From Takakia lepidozioides (taxonomy: Eukaryota > Plantae > Bryophyta): a stretch of 64,000 bases of DNA. Shown here one piece after another: positions 13,867-25,798 of this stretch (positions are counted from its first letter, which is position 1; every line of letters starts with the position of its first letter). The translations under genes were made by a program, and so were the position numbers. The notes beneath the pieces were generated by a model. It made no database searches. It was not told where the DNA came from and saw nothing but the letters and a program-made list of their open reading frames with translations. Location of the stretch: the NCBI GenBank assembly GCA_030704615.1, contig CM060731.1, positions 21,390,001-21,454,000 on the forward strand. Reading direction: 5' to 3'.

Positions 13867-16800
13867 ATGGCCGACAGCGGGCAGAGGCCGATGGCGGACA
13901 ACGGGCGGCTAGAGGCGGTAGACACCCCAACCGTGGGTCTAAACGGGACACACCAGCATTGCAGGCTAGTGCCGGGCCCACCCACTCCTCACACACCAAC
14001 CTTCTGCGTGATAATGGTGGGCCCTGTCCCTCCTTTCAAGACAATCCTAGGAGCAGTAGAAATGGGGCCAACATTAGTGTTGCACCCTCCCACTCCATTC
14101 ACAGCAGCCCTCATCCATGGAGGAGAGGAAGCATTGTTGGTGGTGAACCTCCCACTCTCTACCCAAGGTCACAGCTATACAGGAATGATGCCTGACAACC
14201 CCAAGCAAGGCACAACAACTCCAAATCAAGGGGCCGGTGGCCCTTCCCCAATTCGCCTTTCAGGTACACTGCGGCCTCCTACAGAGCTTACCTCTCCACC
14301 TGGCTCGCCACCTCCTTCTAGACAGGGGACAGGTTCACCTGATCAGGCCGCCCGTTCTTTTGCTCCATCTTATCTCCCACCACCAGCACCACCATCTTCT
14401 CCACCAAACTGAGTGCCTTGTCCAAGTTGTGGTTGGATGTGTGCCCGTATCAGGGGGCTTGCGCGTCATCGGCACACTTGTTCTACACTCCATCAGTCTT
14501 CTCCGGACAGTCATTTATCTACCCCGTTAATGGCTCCTTATGCCTAGGCATGGCTTTGGATTGCGACCCTTGATGTTTTGGGAGCATTTCATTTGGGTTT
14601 GTCACGTCCTCGGCTCTATACGCACATCCCAATGGCACTTCGCAGAGAGATACAACATGCTTTTTGCTTACCCTTGGACCACCTTACTCGGGACCCTTAC
14701 GACATTGCTGCTTGGCACCTTTTTCTGCTTTTTCCTCTATGGTGTCTAATTTTGCCTCCACGTGGTGGTGAATCCGGACATCGAGAGACGCGTGCCCGTC
14801 TTCGTAGATTTCTCTCTGGGGACTGGGAAACCCTTCAAGACGAACATTATCTACGTGCATGTCAAGCACTTGCGGCGCGAATAGCTCATGATAGCCCACA
14901 CCAGGCCACTCCATCCATCCACATGCGTCTTCGTCAGAGTCTTATGCCAGGCCGGGCAAGAGAGTATTCTCGTGCAGCGTCGAGCTCTTGCTCCTCTTAC
15001 CCCAGCACCGCCTTCGGCTAATACTGTCATAGCTTTGGAGAATCTCCACCCCAGTGCGGACGACATCCTTCCTTCTTTTGTGGAGGACTTTGAACTTGAT
15101 GAGGACCTTCAATTGGATCGCGATACTTTCATACAAGCATTCACTCGTAGCCCTCATCTTGCAGCAGCCGGTCCGTCTGGTTTGGTATATGAACACCTCT
15201 GTGATTCTCTCAATCCACAGGACTCTACTAGTGGCTTTTCCCAGCTGTTCCAAGTTTGCTCTTTCATTGTGATGGGACATATGCCTACCCCAGTAGCATA
15301 TTTGCTTGGAGCAGCACGGCTCTTGGCCGTGTCCAAGAACACAGGTTGGATTCGTCCTATTGCAGTGGGGGAGGTTCTGTATCGTTTGGTGAGCCGCTCT
15401 ATCTGCATTCAGTTTCGGGAGGTCTTTTCTTCTCACTTTTCTCCACATCAGTTTGGGGTCGCTACATCGGGAGGTTGTGAAGCGGTGGTGCATGGGATTC
15501 GGGCTTCCCTTGACCTTCATCTAGACTGGGTCGTCCTTCAGGTGGATGTGACCAACGCCTTCAACACGGGGTCCAGATCAGCAATATTTCAGGAACTACG
15601 ATCAGCCAGCGGCGCATGTCATCGGCTCATTCCCTTTGTGAGATTGTTTTATGCTTCCTCCACCCCTTTGTTTTATAGTCATCACACCCGTACAAGAGAT
15701 CTTACTGTAATCCAGTCCGAAGTAGGAACCCGTCAGGGCGATCCATTAGGGGGACCTCTTTTTGTTTTTGCCCTCTTCCGAGCCCTTTGCTCATCTGCGC
15801 AAGCCTTCCAATCCTGTATATTTCCTTCTATTGTTGATGATACCCACATCACTTACCCTCCCACTGATATCCTCTTGGCTTTTCATCACTTTGCTACCCA
15901 ACTTCACTCTCTTAGGCTCACTGTTCAACCTCACAAATCCACAGTTTGGTCATCCTCTGGTCTGCCTTCGACAACGAGCATGTAGCCCAGTGGTAAGGGC
16001 ACATACCCTCTCACGAGTGGTTGTGGGTTCAATCCACCTGTTGGAAGTCATTACGGTGTCCACTTTCCCACCGGAAGGTAGTAGCCATAGTGACACCATA
16101 AGTTACGCTTGCTTCGGCAACGCGTCCACCTTCTGGTCTGCTTTCAGATTTCGTGCCCCCTACCGAGTTTCTAGCACCATCTGAGGGTGTTAGGTGTTCC
16201 CTTTGGTACTACCCCTTACACAACATCTTTCCTCCAAGATGCTTTGCTACAGAATACAATCCATATAGAGCTTCTTCCCAAACTAGGGGATATGCAAGTA
16301 GCCCATGACATTCTCACTAAATGTTTTTTACAGGGACCTTCTTATCTTTTGCGTTGTTCCCCCCCCCCCCCCCCCCTTACTCCCCAGTTTGTGGAGCTTC
16401 TGTCTTCTTTTAATACGATTGTTAGAGGGATTTTTGGTAGTCTATTAGGCCTAGGTGCATTTGATAGTGAGCGGGGGCCCTTGGCATGTCGTCAGGCTAC
16501 CCTCCCGATCTCTTTTGGAGGAGTGGGTTTACTATCCACATTCGTCACTGCCTTTGCTGCCTTCCTAGGTAGTTGGGCTTTAGTCGCTCCAGCCTTGGCA
16601 TCTCGGTTTATGTGTCAGTAACGTCATTTTCTCATGGAGGTGGTTGCCCATATCGACGATGGCTTTTTGTCCTTTCAGCAACATCTTCGTTTAGCGCGGG
16701 ATCTCATCCCAACACAAGCACGGATTTGTCTGCCACCCTTTGAACAGTTGGTCACTCAAGGTCTGGAGCATTTACAGGATACCATCATGGAACGCATGTA

Positions 16801-16951
16801 CCGACACTCATTTTCCAGCATGTTTTCCGACGCTCCTTCATATACACATCGGGCCAAACTTCTCTCGTGCACAGGGCCCGGAGCAGGCGCGTGGTTCACG
16901 GTACGACCAACCATTGCACCCTTCCGTATGTCTTCTGCTGTATTTACCACC
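13867..16951 (+). mobile_element. Degenerate CRE-like (early-branching, RLE-type) non-LTR retrotransposon; 3' end truncated, 5' boundary approximate
   Basis: A Pro-rich N-terminus is followed by a zinc finger CPSCGWMCARIRGLARHRHTC (about 14415-14480). RT motifs: RPIAVGEVLYRL, QFGVATSGGCEA, QVDVTNAFN, GTRQGDPLGGPLF, IVDD. Thumb-region motifs: LGVPFG, QATLPISFGGVGL, LLSCTGPGAGAW. Stops and frameshifts are present. Confidence 0.8.
15977..16125 (+). mobile_element. tRNA-derived SINE inserted in the CRE-like RT
   Basis: A-box TAGCCCAGTGG and B-box GGTTCAATCC. It interrupts the RT frame between WSSSGLP and LGVPFG and is flanked by an imperfect direct repeat (TCTGGTCTGCCTTC / TCTGGTCTGCTTTC). Confidence 0.75.
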
Positions 16952-17494
16952 GAGGTAATGTAGGTATTTGCCATGGGCAAACTGTTCTGAATGCAAATTC
17001 ACGTAGGCGGCCAGGGACCACTCTATGTCGTGCTCCATGCATGCAATGTGGGATGAATATGTCATCAAAAACGGACCGATAAAAGAGGCATGGATGAATG
17101 AAAGAAGGTGATGGATAGATGATTAATGAATGATAGATGAATGTAGGATGAACGTGAGTCCTGAAGAGTGGAGGATGCATGGACTGAAATAAAATTGATT
17201 GTACGGCAAACACGGCATTGACAACAAATTCTATACACGGGGAAACACGAGGAAACATGAGGAAACCGTAACTACAAACACTAATCCCGCAACCCATTTT
17301 TCAAACCCCCATGGAAAACCATAAACCAAAAACCCATGCCTGCAATGATAAACCCCAAACACCAAACCTCAAACCCCAAAGCAGAAACGGAAGCCAAAAA
17401 CCCAGAACGGTAACCCTAATTTAAACGGCACATGGGAATCCAACCCAAAAACCAATTAAAACATTTAAAATTAAAACAAAACCTAAGCGAACAG

Positions 17495-19320
17495 CCATGT
17501 TCTACCATTGAAACAGGCTCGGCATTAAGGTGGCGTCATTTCCAGCCCTCACAAGAAACATGACAATTCATCCCAAAAACCAAAAATAAAAATAAAATGA
17601 AATAAAAGCCTTGGCGAGGAGCCATGTTCGTAGAAGGAAACAGGCTCGGCATTAACCCTTAAGTTCCCAAGCCCTTTTTTGACATTTTACCAATTTTGGG
17701 TACCCAGCTGCAGTAAATCGTCCCTACAAACCTACCAAAAATCATCCAGACATTCCAGCCTTATAGCAATGGGCCCAGCTCATTTATGCATGACATACCA
17801 AAAAATGAGCCAAGTCCACCGTGGAGATTGTGAGATTATAGCGTTGGCCCGGACCTCAAATATCAGGTCCCAAAAAAAAAGTGAGAAAGAAATTGGTTTG
17901 ACCAAATCAAAACCCAGCTTTATCCAATTTTGCTTGCCCCAAGACCCACCATTTCCAAATCAATAGAGGAGTGGCTATGACCCCACTAAATTGCAGGTCC
18001 AACTGATTTTTTCACCTATGATTGCTATGCATGCAATTACATGGGGGTTGAAATCTCAAAATCGACAAGAGAAAATGTGCCTCCAAATGAAGTACTTTTT
18101 TTTCTACAAATTTTTTAAAAGCCAATGGTGGATGTGTGTATGTAATGCTCACACACCACAAGGTGAAGTGCTTTTTCCAAAATTGCTAATTTTCTGCCAA
18201 AAATGGCCTTTGGAGTGCAATCTGTTTTGGGCTTGTTTAATGCCATGTCAGCGGTCAACAAGCCCTTTTCAGGCCCCAAAATGTAAATGAGAGATCTAAG
18301 ATATTTTTTGTAGGTTGTAGCTTTTGGTTTTTTTTAGTTTTGTTTTTTGCATCATACTCGAGACAAATCCCTTGTCATTAAAGCTTCAGGAGTGGGCCCC
18401 ATCAGATTAGATCTGCAAAAATTAGGTTGACCTGCAAATTCAAAGTGACCCGATTCAGGTCGCTTGGGAACTTAAGGGTTAAGGAGGCGTCAACGCCACC
18501 TTAATTCCCAGCCCCTGTTAGAGCTTAATTCCAGCCCAGAAGACCAACCAGATTAAGGTGGCGTTAATTTATTTTTATTTTAATTTTTCCCCCCAAATGT
18601 GCCAGATTAAGGTGTCATCAACGACACCTTAATTCCCAGCCCCTGTTGGAACATGACAATTCACCCCAAAAACAATAAAAACAATAAAAATTAAATAAAA
18701 CCCTTGGCGAGCAACCATGTTCGTAGAGGGGTTGACACCACCTTAATTTCGCACATTCGGAAGAAAAAATTAAATTAAATTAAAAATAAAAACTGGTTTT
18801 TATTTTTATTTTTTCCCCGAATGTGCCAGATTAAGGTGTCGTCAACGACACCTTAATTCCCAGCCCCTGTTGGAACATGACAGTTCACCCCAAAAACAAT
18901 AAAAACAATAAAAACTAAATAAAAGGCTTGGCGAGCAGCCATGTTTGTAGAGGGAAACAAGCTCGGCATTAAGGTGGTGTCAACGCCACCTTAATCTGGC
19001 ACATTCAAATTAAAAAAATTAAATTTAAAAAAAACTGTTTTAATTTTTTAATTTTTTAATTTCTGTGAATGTGCAACGACACCTTAATTCCCAGCCCCTG
19101 TTGGAACATAACAATTCACCCCAAAAACAATAAAAATAATAAAAACTAAATAAAAGGCTTGGCGAACAGCCATGTTCGTAGAGGGAAACAGGCTCGGCAT
19201 CAAGATGGCGTCAATGCCACTTTAACTCCCAGCCCCTGTTGGAGCTTAATTCCAGCCCAGAAGACTAGCCAGATTAAGGTGGCGTCAAGGTGGCGTAACG
19301 TCACCTTAATCTGGCACATT
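17495..19320. repeat. Array of hairpin units ATTAAGGTGGCGT-CA-ACGCCACCTTAAT within longer A/T-tract-rich repeats
   Basis: Variants recur at about 17523, 18480, 18550, 18607, 18830, 18968, 19075, 19200 and 19272, with the repeated flank TCCCAGCCCCTGTTGGAACATGACAATTCACCCCAAAAAC. Confidence 0.85.
17656..18478. mobile_element. piggyBac-like non-autonomous element (MITE) with TTAA target-site duplication
   Basis: TTAA|CCCTTAAGTTCCCAAGC ... GCTTGGGAACTTAAGGG|TTAA forms a perfect 17-bp TIR. Removing the element restores the local repeat unit GGCTCGGCATTAAGG..CGTCAACGCCACCTTAAT. Confidence 0.85.
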
Positions 19321-19343
19321 CGTCTCCTCTCATCTCCCCCTCA

Positions 19344-19701
19344 TGTGGTCCGCGACAGTGGTGGTTTTGTACAGAGGATGGCTAGTATCTTTATAGACAA
19401 TTATGCATCAGTTTTGGGCTCAAAATCAGATAGCAGTGAAAGTGTCTTTTCAGAATGACTCATTTGTTTTAAGACAGATATTTATGAAGCACCAGTTTTC
19501 CTGCATTGCATGTTTGAAGATGTGTTTTCGGGCTTCCTTTAGCGGTCCCTGGTCTGAATTCGTCGTTTTCATTCATCCACTCTGTCGTGCGCATACATAT
19601 CGCTACACAACTACATCGCTGTCCAAAACCACACAACACATGTGCACACCAAACACTAGTCTATCACTGGTCCACCACTAGGCTGCCACTAGTCCATCAC
19701 A
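19344..19701 (-). repeat. Putative 3' LTR of the DNMT-Gypsy element
   Basis: On the minus strand it reads TGTGATGG...GGACCACA, immediately after the purine tract AGGGGGGCGA (19703-19712). No second LTR is present to confirm the boundaries. Confidence 0.6.
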
Positions 19702-19960
19702 ATCGCCCCCCTAGCTGGCGCTTAGGTCCCTTAAGTTCAGGTAGCCACAAGATATGATAGCGGCCATAGCCTCACTAAGTCCTCCACCACTGTCCCTACT
19801 ACACTCAAACTCGATAGATCAAGAGGCCGGGCAGAAGAGTTGCCCCATCGTTAGTCGCCGTCTTGCAACATGTGAACTTGAGCCTGAGATCTTGGGTATT
19901 GACTCCTATGAGCTTGGCCTCCCATGTCTTCTTAGCTGCCACTAGTCATATCCATTGCCA

Positions 19961-20611
19961 CTATCCCAAGCAGTGTGGACATAACCAATCTCCATCATGA
20001 ACCCTCTCAAGAGGTGGTATCAAACATCCCATGTGCCAACCTCTTGAACATCGATCACACACCAGCATAGTGGCGGCACCATGAGCTTGCCCACATAGCA
20101 TGCAACGCAACCCTGCAAGTATCACTGCAAAGTTGGGATCTATCCTCCCATCCACATGTGGAAGGTGACATGGCGCACAATTGCGTACATGGTCCTTCCA
20201 TACCATGCCATCTCGACCCTCCAGAATCAACACTCCTGAAGGCAACACCTCCTTGACCCTTAGAATTACACGTCCTGCTATGACATCCAAGGTCGTAGGC
20301 GTTGTCTGCTGTAGATACACATAGTCCCCAGGGTGGAAACGCCGAACACCTGGCCGATATCCCCCTCCACGTATAGTGGCATATCTCAATGTGTCTCGGT
20401 GTTGGGCAATAGCAAGATTCTCAAAAGCCATAGGCATGACTCTCTTGAACAACTCTGCCCACTGGGCACATGCTTGTGTCCACACATTCGGATCATCAAG
20501 GTTGAGGACTACTGAAGCCTCCTTGCAAATAGATGCAGACAAATCCGGCTCTCGGCCAAAGAAAAGTGAGAAAGAAGCAAGTGATGTTTGCTTGCTAAAC
20601 CTGTAGCCCAT
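19961..20611 (-). pseudogene. Integrase C-terminus ending in a PHD finger
   Basis: FHPGDYVYLQ (GPY/F-region-like) is followed by CMLCGQAHGAATMLVCDRCSRGWHMGCLIPPLERVHDGDWLCPHC, a C4-H-C3 PHD pattern. Confidence 0.85.
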
Positions 20612-23249
20612 GGCTAACCAAAGTACCTGAAGATCCTAATCTTCTAGGTGTCCCTTTTGCAAGCCATACTTGCGCAACCCCCTCTTCATCGTCTGCACCA
20701 CTCTCTCTGCCAAGCCATCGGCCTCATGATGATCCCGAGAAGTGGTACGGTGGTCTATCAAAGCTTTATCACACAAAGCTTAAAACTCCCCCAAGAACTC
20801 TCTCCCTTGGTCCGTGAGTACCTCAGCTGGAGCACCGAATCAGCTAAGCACACGATTTAGGAATGCATACGCACCCCCCTCACTAGCTTTGTCAGGCAAT
20901 GGAACCAACTCAATCCACTTGGAGTGGGTAAAGGCATCACTGTGGTGTAGGGGCGTTAATTGAAGCACACACCCTGTCACACACCATGCACCTAGCCACA
21001 AACTGTTGCACCTCTGTGTGCATACCACGCCACCAATATATGCCCCTGTAGTAAACTATGAGTGCGTCGCACTCCAAAATGCCCCAACTCCTCATGGGCA
21101 TGCCATACAAACCGTGCACGCTGTATTGGGTAAGGCACAATCCTCACTCGACCATCCTCCCACACTCAAAGTAGGTGTATCCTCTCTCACTTGAATGTCT
21201 TGGCTCGTTGGAGGATCCGATCCCTCTCCTTGGCAGTCACACTAGCTGTCGTGTCTTCAGTGCGGAGGTAGTCCAATACAACCGAATCCTCATGTATATC
21301 TCTGACACCACCTGGCTCATCACTAGCCTCAGGGTCCTCAGATACTCTATCTACAGTCATCTTTGTTGTAGGTCCAACCTAACCTCCCGATGCTAAGATA
21401 CACAAAAAGACAGATGCATGTCATCCCGGCACCATCTCCTTGTCCGTCTCACCATGCCACCGAGCTCTAGTGTCACCCTGCTAGCTTGTGCATGGATTGC
21501 GACTCAATCCATCCGCATCCCTATTGACCAAACCCGGTCGATGCACAACCTGAAAGTCATACTCTTGGAGTATAAGTACCCACCGTGCAAGCTTCCCCGT
21601 AAGCTTGTCTGACTCCATCAACCACTTGAGTGGCTGGTGATCCATGACAAGAGTGAAGAGATTGTCATATAGATAGCACCTGAAGTGCGCCACGGCCCAT
21701 ACTGCAGCTAAGCAATCCCCCTCATATGAACTATACTTAGACTTTGCAGCGTAGTTGGAGCGGCTAGCATAAGCCACTACGAACTCTCTTCCCTCATCAT
21801 CCACCTATGTGAGCACCGCTCCAAGCCCCAACATGCTCCAATCTGTATGCAGCTGAAAGGGACGCCCCCCGATAGGTCGTCTTAAGATGGGCGCCGAGGT
21901 CAACCTTGGAAAGCTCGCTCTTGCTCATCTTCTCACTGTCACTCCTGGTCTACCTTGGTCAGCTTGGTTAGAGCCTTTGCAATAGCACTAAATCCCTTGA
22001 CAAACCATCTATAGTAGTTTGCCAACCCCATGAAAGCTCGAACTCGGCTCACATCCGTGGGGCGTGGATTCTGTGCGATGGCCTCTACCTTAGTCTGTTG
22101 TACCCCCAATCCTCCATGATATATCATGTGGCCCAGATACTCAATCTGGTTGTGGAAGAACTTGCACTTCCCCGGATGTAATTTCAATCCGTGCGCTCTC
22201 AAGCGCTCAAACACCACCTGAAGGTGTCACTTGTGCTCCTCCACCGTACCACTAAAGATGATGATGTCATCTATGTAGCACCGAGCAAAGTCTACCCCTG
22301 CTAGAATCATGTCCATGTCTCTCTGGAACTGTATGAGCGTTCTTAAGCCCGAATGGTAAGAACCGCCACTGATATAGGCAATCATTCCCGTGCTCATTGA
22401 TCCCCCAGAATTCGTTTTATGCTTGTCCGCCTCCTTGATCGGCAACTGGTGATATCCAGACTGCAAGTCCAAAGTGCTAAAGACCTTGGCATGCCCAATG
22501 ACATCAAAGATCTCCTCAGGTGTAGACATGGCATACTTATTGGACTTGGTCTGACGATTTACAGGCCGGTAATCACCGCACATACATCTCTCCGTCCAAT
22601 TGCCATAGACATCCTTCTTGGTTGGCATCACCATGGCTGAAGCATATTCTCCACCAGAGAGCTCCACCAAACCAGCCTCCCAGAGATCTTGAGTCCTCAT
22701 CTGAATCAAAGACCTCTCCATGTCACTATATCTATAGGGTCTCCGAAAGATTGGCGTGTCCGTGGCCAACTCAATACGAATCTCCTGACCCTTCAGTGCT
22801 CCCAAATCCTTCAATTTGAAGGCAAAGCAATTCATGTAAGCCCTCAGGAACCGCCGTATACATCGTCTCTCTCCTCTAGTGACAATTGGTCCAATATATG
22901 GCAGGCTCCCAATTGTCCTCCGTAACTGCAACCTTAAGTCCAGCAGACTTGGAGGTAGAGGACGCATCTCGTGGTTGCTATGCCGCAACCTCTTGAGCAG
23001 TACTTCATGCCTGCTCAGTCAATGACAAGGCCTCATCCTACCCCATCATCTCATCCTTGAGGACTCCTCAACCCGAGAAGAATCCCCAATCTCATCCATC
23101 ACAGCCGCCTTGGCTGCCAACGCCCTTTGAACCTCGAGCATCTCCCACGTGTGCCATGGATGTCTACACCCCGTGGTCCTCACCCGCTCGCCCCACTCAC
23201 TGCCTGTACCATCTCGGTAGGCACAGAGACCGTCAAGGGAAGTGCACTC

Positions 23250-24220
23250 CGTACTCTACGTTGTTCAGCCATAGCCAAGCTGATAATCCAGGTCATGCAA
23301 TTGAGATCCATCGTTTGCCCAACACCTGATGACGTGATGCCTCAGAAAGAGAAGGCACCGCCGTGGTCCCATAGCCCGTTTGCGTTCATCAGCATTAGGC
23401 TCCACTAACTGCTGCAACTGAGCATCCCACAGGAGGCCAGGTCCACTATCCTGGAAAGCATGTGATCCTGGGAAGCTGAGCAGTGTAAGTAGTGCTGCTC
23501 GTGGTTGACCCACCTTGTTGACCACTACCAAAGGCGAACGGGTCATCGTGTCTCACACGCTGAGACTGTCTCTCGTGTCCAGAATGCTATCCACTGTGAG
23601 GTGTGCTGGCTGCTGCACCCCATCAAATGCACGCTTGAGCAGTGCGGGTGGCATCAAGTTAGTCCACCATAGCCGTGGACGATGAGCTCATGACCCCATT
23701 GTAGCTGCAGCCAACAACACTAATGACCCAAGCCATGACCGGACTTGATGCACACTAGCCATCACCCTAGCCAAAGAATCGCCCATCAGTGGCACATTCT
23801 CCGAGATGTATGTTGGAAATACAGCTTGATGAAGCTGTAAGTGACGCAAAACCCGCACCATCTCCCAAAACAGACTCGATCTCGAGTCTCGCAATCCAAT
23901 GTCATGTCCGGCTGATGAATGCCTTTAGCAGGACCAACCTGCCACTGCCAGATCAATGGAGCCAACCCGCTCCAAATCCTGCGCCCCCAGCAAAGAGATG
24001 TCTGCTGGCAAGGCTTGCTGATATCCACGAACCGCAGACACCGACAATAACTTAGGGTACCACTGCACCAACTGAGCAATATGATGGAGTGAGACGCATC
24101 GTGCAGTCTCATCCCTCTTCACATACAAGTATCACCGTACCCGTACACCTGCCTGTAGCACAACAGCCAATCCGATGCTGATCCCGCCAAACAAGTCCAG
24201 AAGGCAAATGCCTTTACCCG
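23250..24220 (-). pseudogene. C5-cytosine DNA methyltransferase domain (DNMT3-like motif pattern) embedded in Gypsy pol
   Basis: Motif I LLDLFGGISIG; motif IV DLAVAGWSC*RHSSAG..GLRDSRSSLFWE (decayed GWPCQ); motif VI ENV; motif VIII AHRPRLWWTN; motif IX EPNADERKRAMG; motif X RHQV(L)GQTMDLN. Stops and frameshifts are present. Confidence 0.85.
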
Positions 24221-25171
24221 GACACTGCCACACGATCGGTGTGATGTCCAATAGTGTCAGCAACCCGCTACAAATCCTTGCTCGAGCCCCACAATGGAGT
24301 GTGAGCAACCATGGCAGGCAACTCCGCCATACCATATATATCATCCTGCTCTCCCGGAGGTGACACAACCTCTGAATGAGCGTTGTCCTCAAGCAACTAT
24401 CAATGCCAACTCAGTACAGCTGTGAATGCTGCCAGTGTCGGCATCTTGCCTCGCTGGGCAACCACAACTCCTCCTATGAACGTCACAGGAAGCTGCACAC
24501 GGTGGCCCTCCCCTGACTGCCATCCAAGCCTATAGGAAGCTGACTCCTCCCAAAAATCCATGGTGAAGCCCATGGGGTACAACACTGCCCCACCAACAAG
24601 GACATCGTACGAGACCACGTCTGTCACAATGGCATTGGCTCTCATCACTGAGCCATCTATAGGATGATCTGGCTGTAGTTGGATAACCAACTCACGCCGT
24701 GTCATGCCCCGAGCCTGCTTTGATTCTCCCAAAGATGTCTGTATCTGGAAATGACATGACTTCATATCCGCCTTCGTGAGGCCCAAGCCTGCAATAGCAG
24801 TTCTGCCTAGCATCAATGGCTGAGCTCCCGAGTCCGACAACACTCACATTGGTCGGTACCTCTTGCCTGCCGGTCCACTCAAACAGAATATACCATCCTG
24901 GTTGTCTAACATGACAACTTCAGGTGTCACTATGGCGCACTCAATGCCTGCTGGCAGCTCCGCCAACCTGACAGCTGCAGCTTGCCATGGCGCCACCGTG
25001 GCAATCTTGACCCTCAAATCCGAGGATCCCTCCGACACTACACCTCCCACTATCTCCGCAGAAGATGAAGTAACCTCCCCACTCTCACAGAGTGTAGCTG
25101 CCAGTTTGAACACCTCAGCTGGTCTTACCCCTGGCGTCGCAATCAAGGTAGCCGAGAACAATAGAGCTTGG

Positions 25172-25798
25172 TGTCAAGGACGAGAACATGACTGAACACA
25201 AACAAGGGATCAGACTAGAGGTACAAGACTAGACAAGAAGTCAAGGTCGGCGTGGCTGAATGCATGGTGGATAAACATGAATCGAGATAATCTTTATAAC
25301 AATGGACAAGAGTACAAGATACTAGAACCCGACTCGAATACGGGAATACTGGAAACTGGACTGGGGTACCAGATAATGGAAACTGGACTAGAGTACTGGA
25401 AGCTGGACTGGAGTACTGGGATTGGGAACAAAAGTAGCTTGAACTTGTGCGAGACTGAAGAGTGTCCGGTCTCGCCTCCTATATATATACTGGCTACTAA
25501 GAAATCTCCTAAGAAGCTTCTCCTATGGAGGTTTCTTGATGGAGAAGTTTTCAAGAGTAAACAAAGGTTCCTTGATAGAGAAGCTTCCTTAATCAAATGA
25601 GGTATCTTGATGGAGAAGTTTCCTCCAAATGAAGCTTCCTGAGCAGTTTCCCAAGTTACTCTTGGCAATTTGGTAAACTCCCGATAACATGGTAAGTAAT
25701 GGTAAATCATGATAAGTCATGGTAACTTTCGATAACATGGTAACTTGGTAACTTCTGGTATTTACTCCTGGTAAGTTCATCTGGCTATGTTCGTGACA
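25172..25798 (-). repeat. 3' LTR of the chromovirus (about 627 bp)
   Basis: On the minus strand it reads TGTCACG...CCTTGACA, directly after the PPT. It contains internal short repeats (ACTGGA, GGTAA) and a TATATA box. Confidence 0.8.

Larger units (their letters stand above)
19344..25171 (-). mobile_element. Degenerate Ty3/Gypsy LTR retrotransposon with pol order PR - C5-DNA methyltransferase - RT - RNase H - integrase - PHD; 5' part cut by the next element
   Basis: Protease DSGAQP (24400-24843); DNMT motifs (23250-24220); RT DYRPVN / LDLQSGYHQ / CYIDDIIIFS (21939-22988); RNase H VAYASRS / DHQPLKWL / NRDADGLSR (21481-21900); integrase YWWRGM..CMVC and core (20333-21140); PHD; PPT and 3' LTR. 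Confidence 0.88.

Noticed and set aside
15977-16055. tRNA gene (also at about 5540-5600)
   Set aside because: A and B boxes are present, but there is no convincing cloverleaf. An unrelated body and TSD-like flanks indicate SINE heads.
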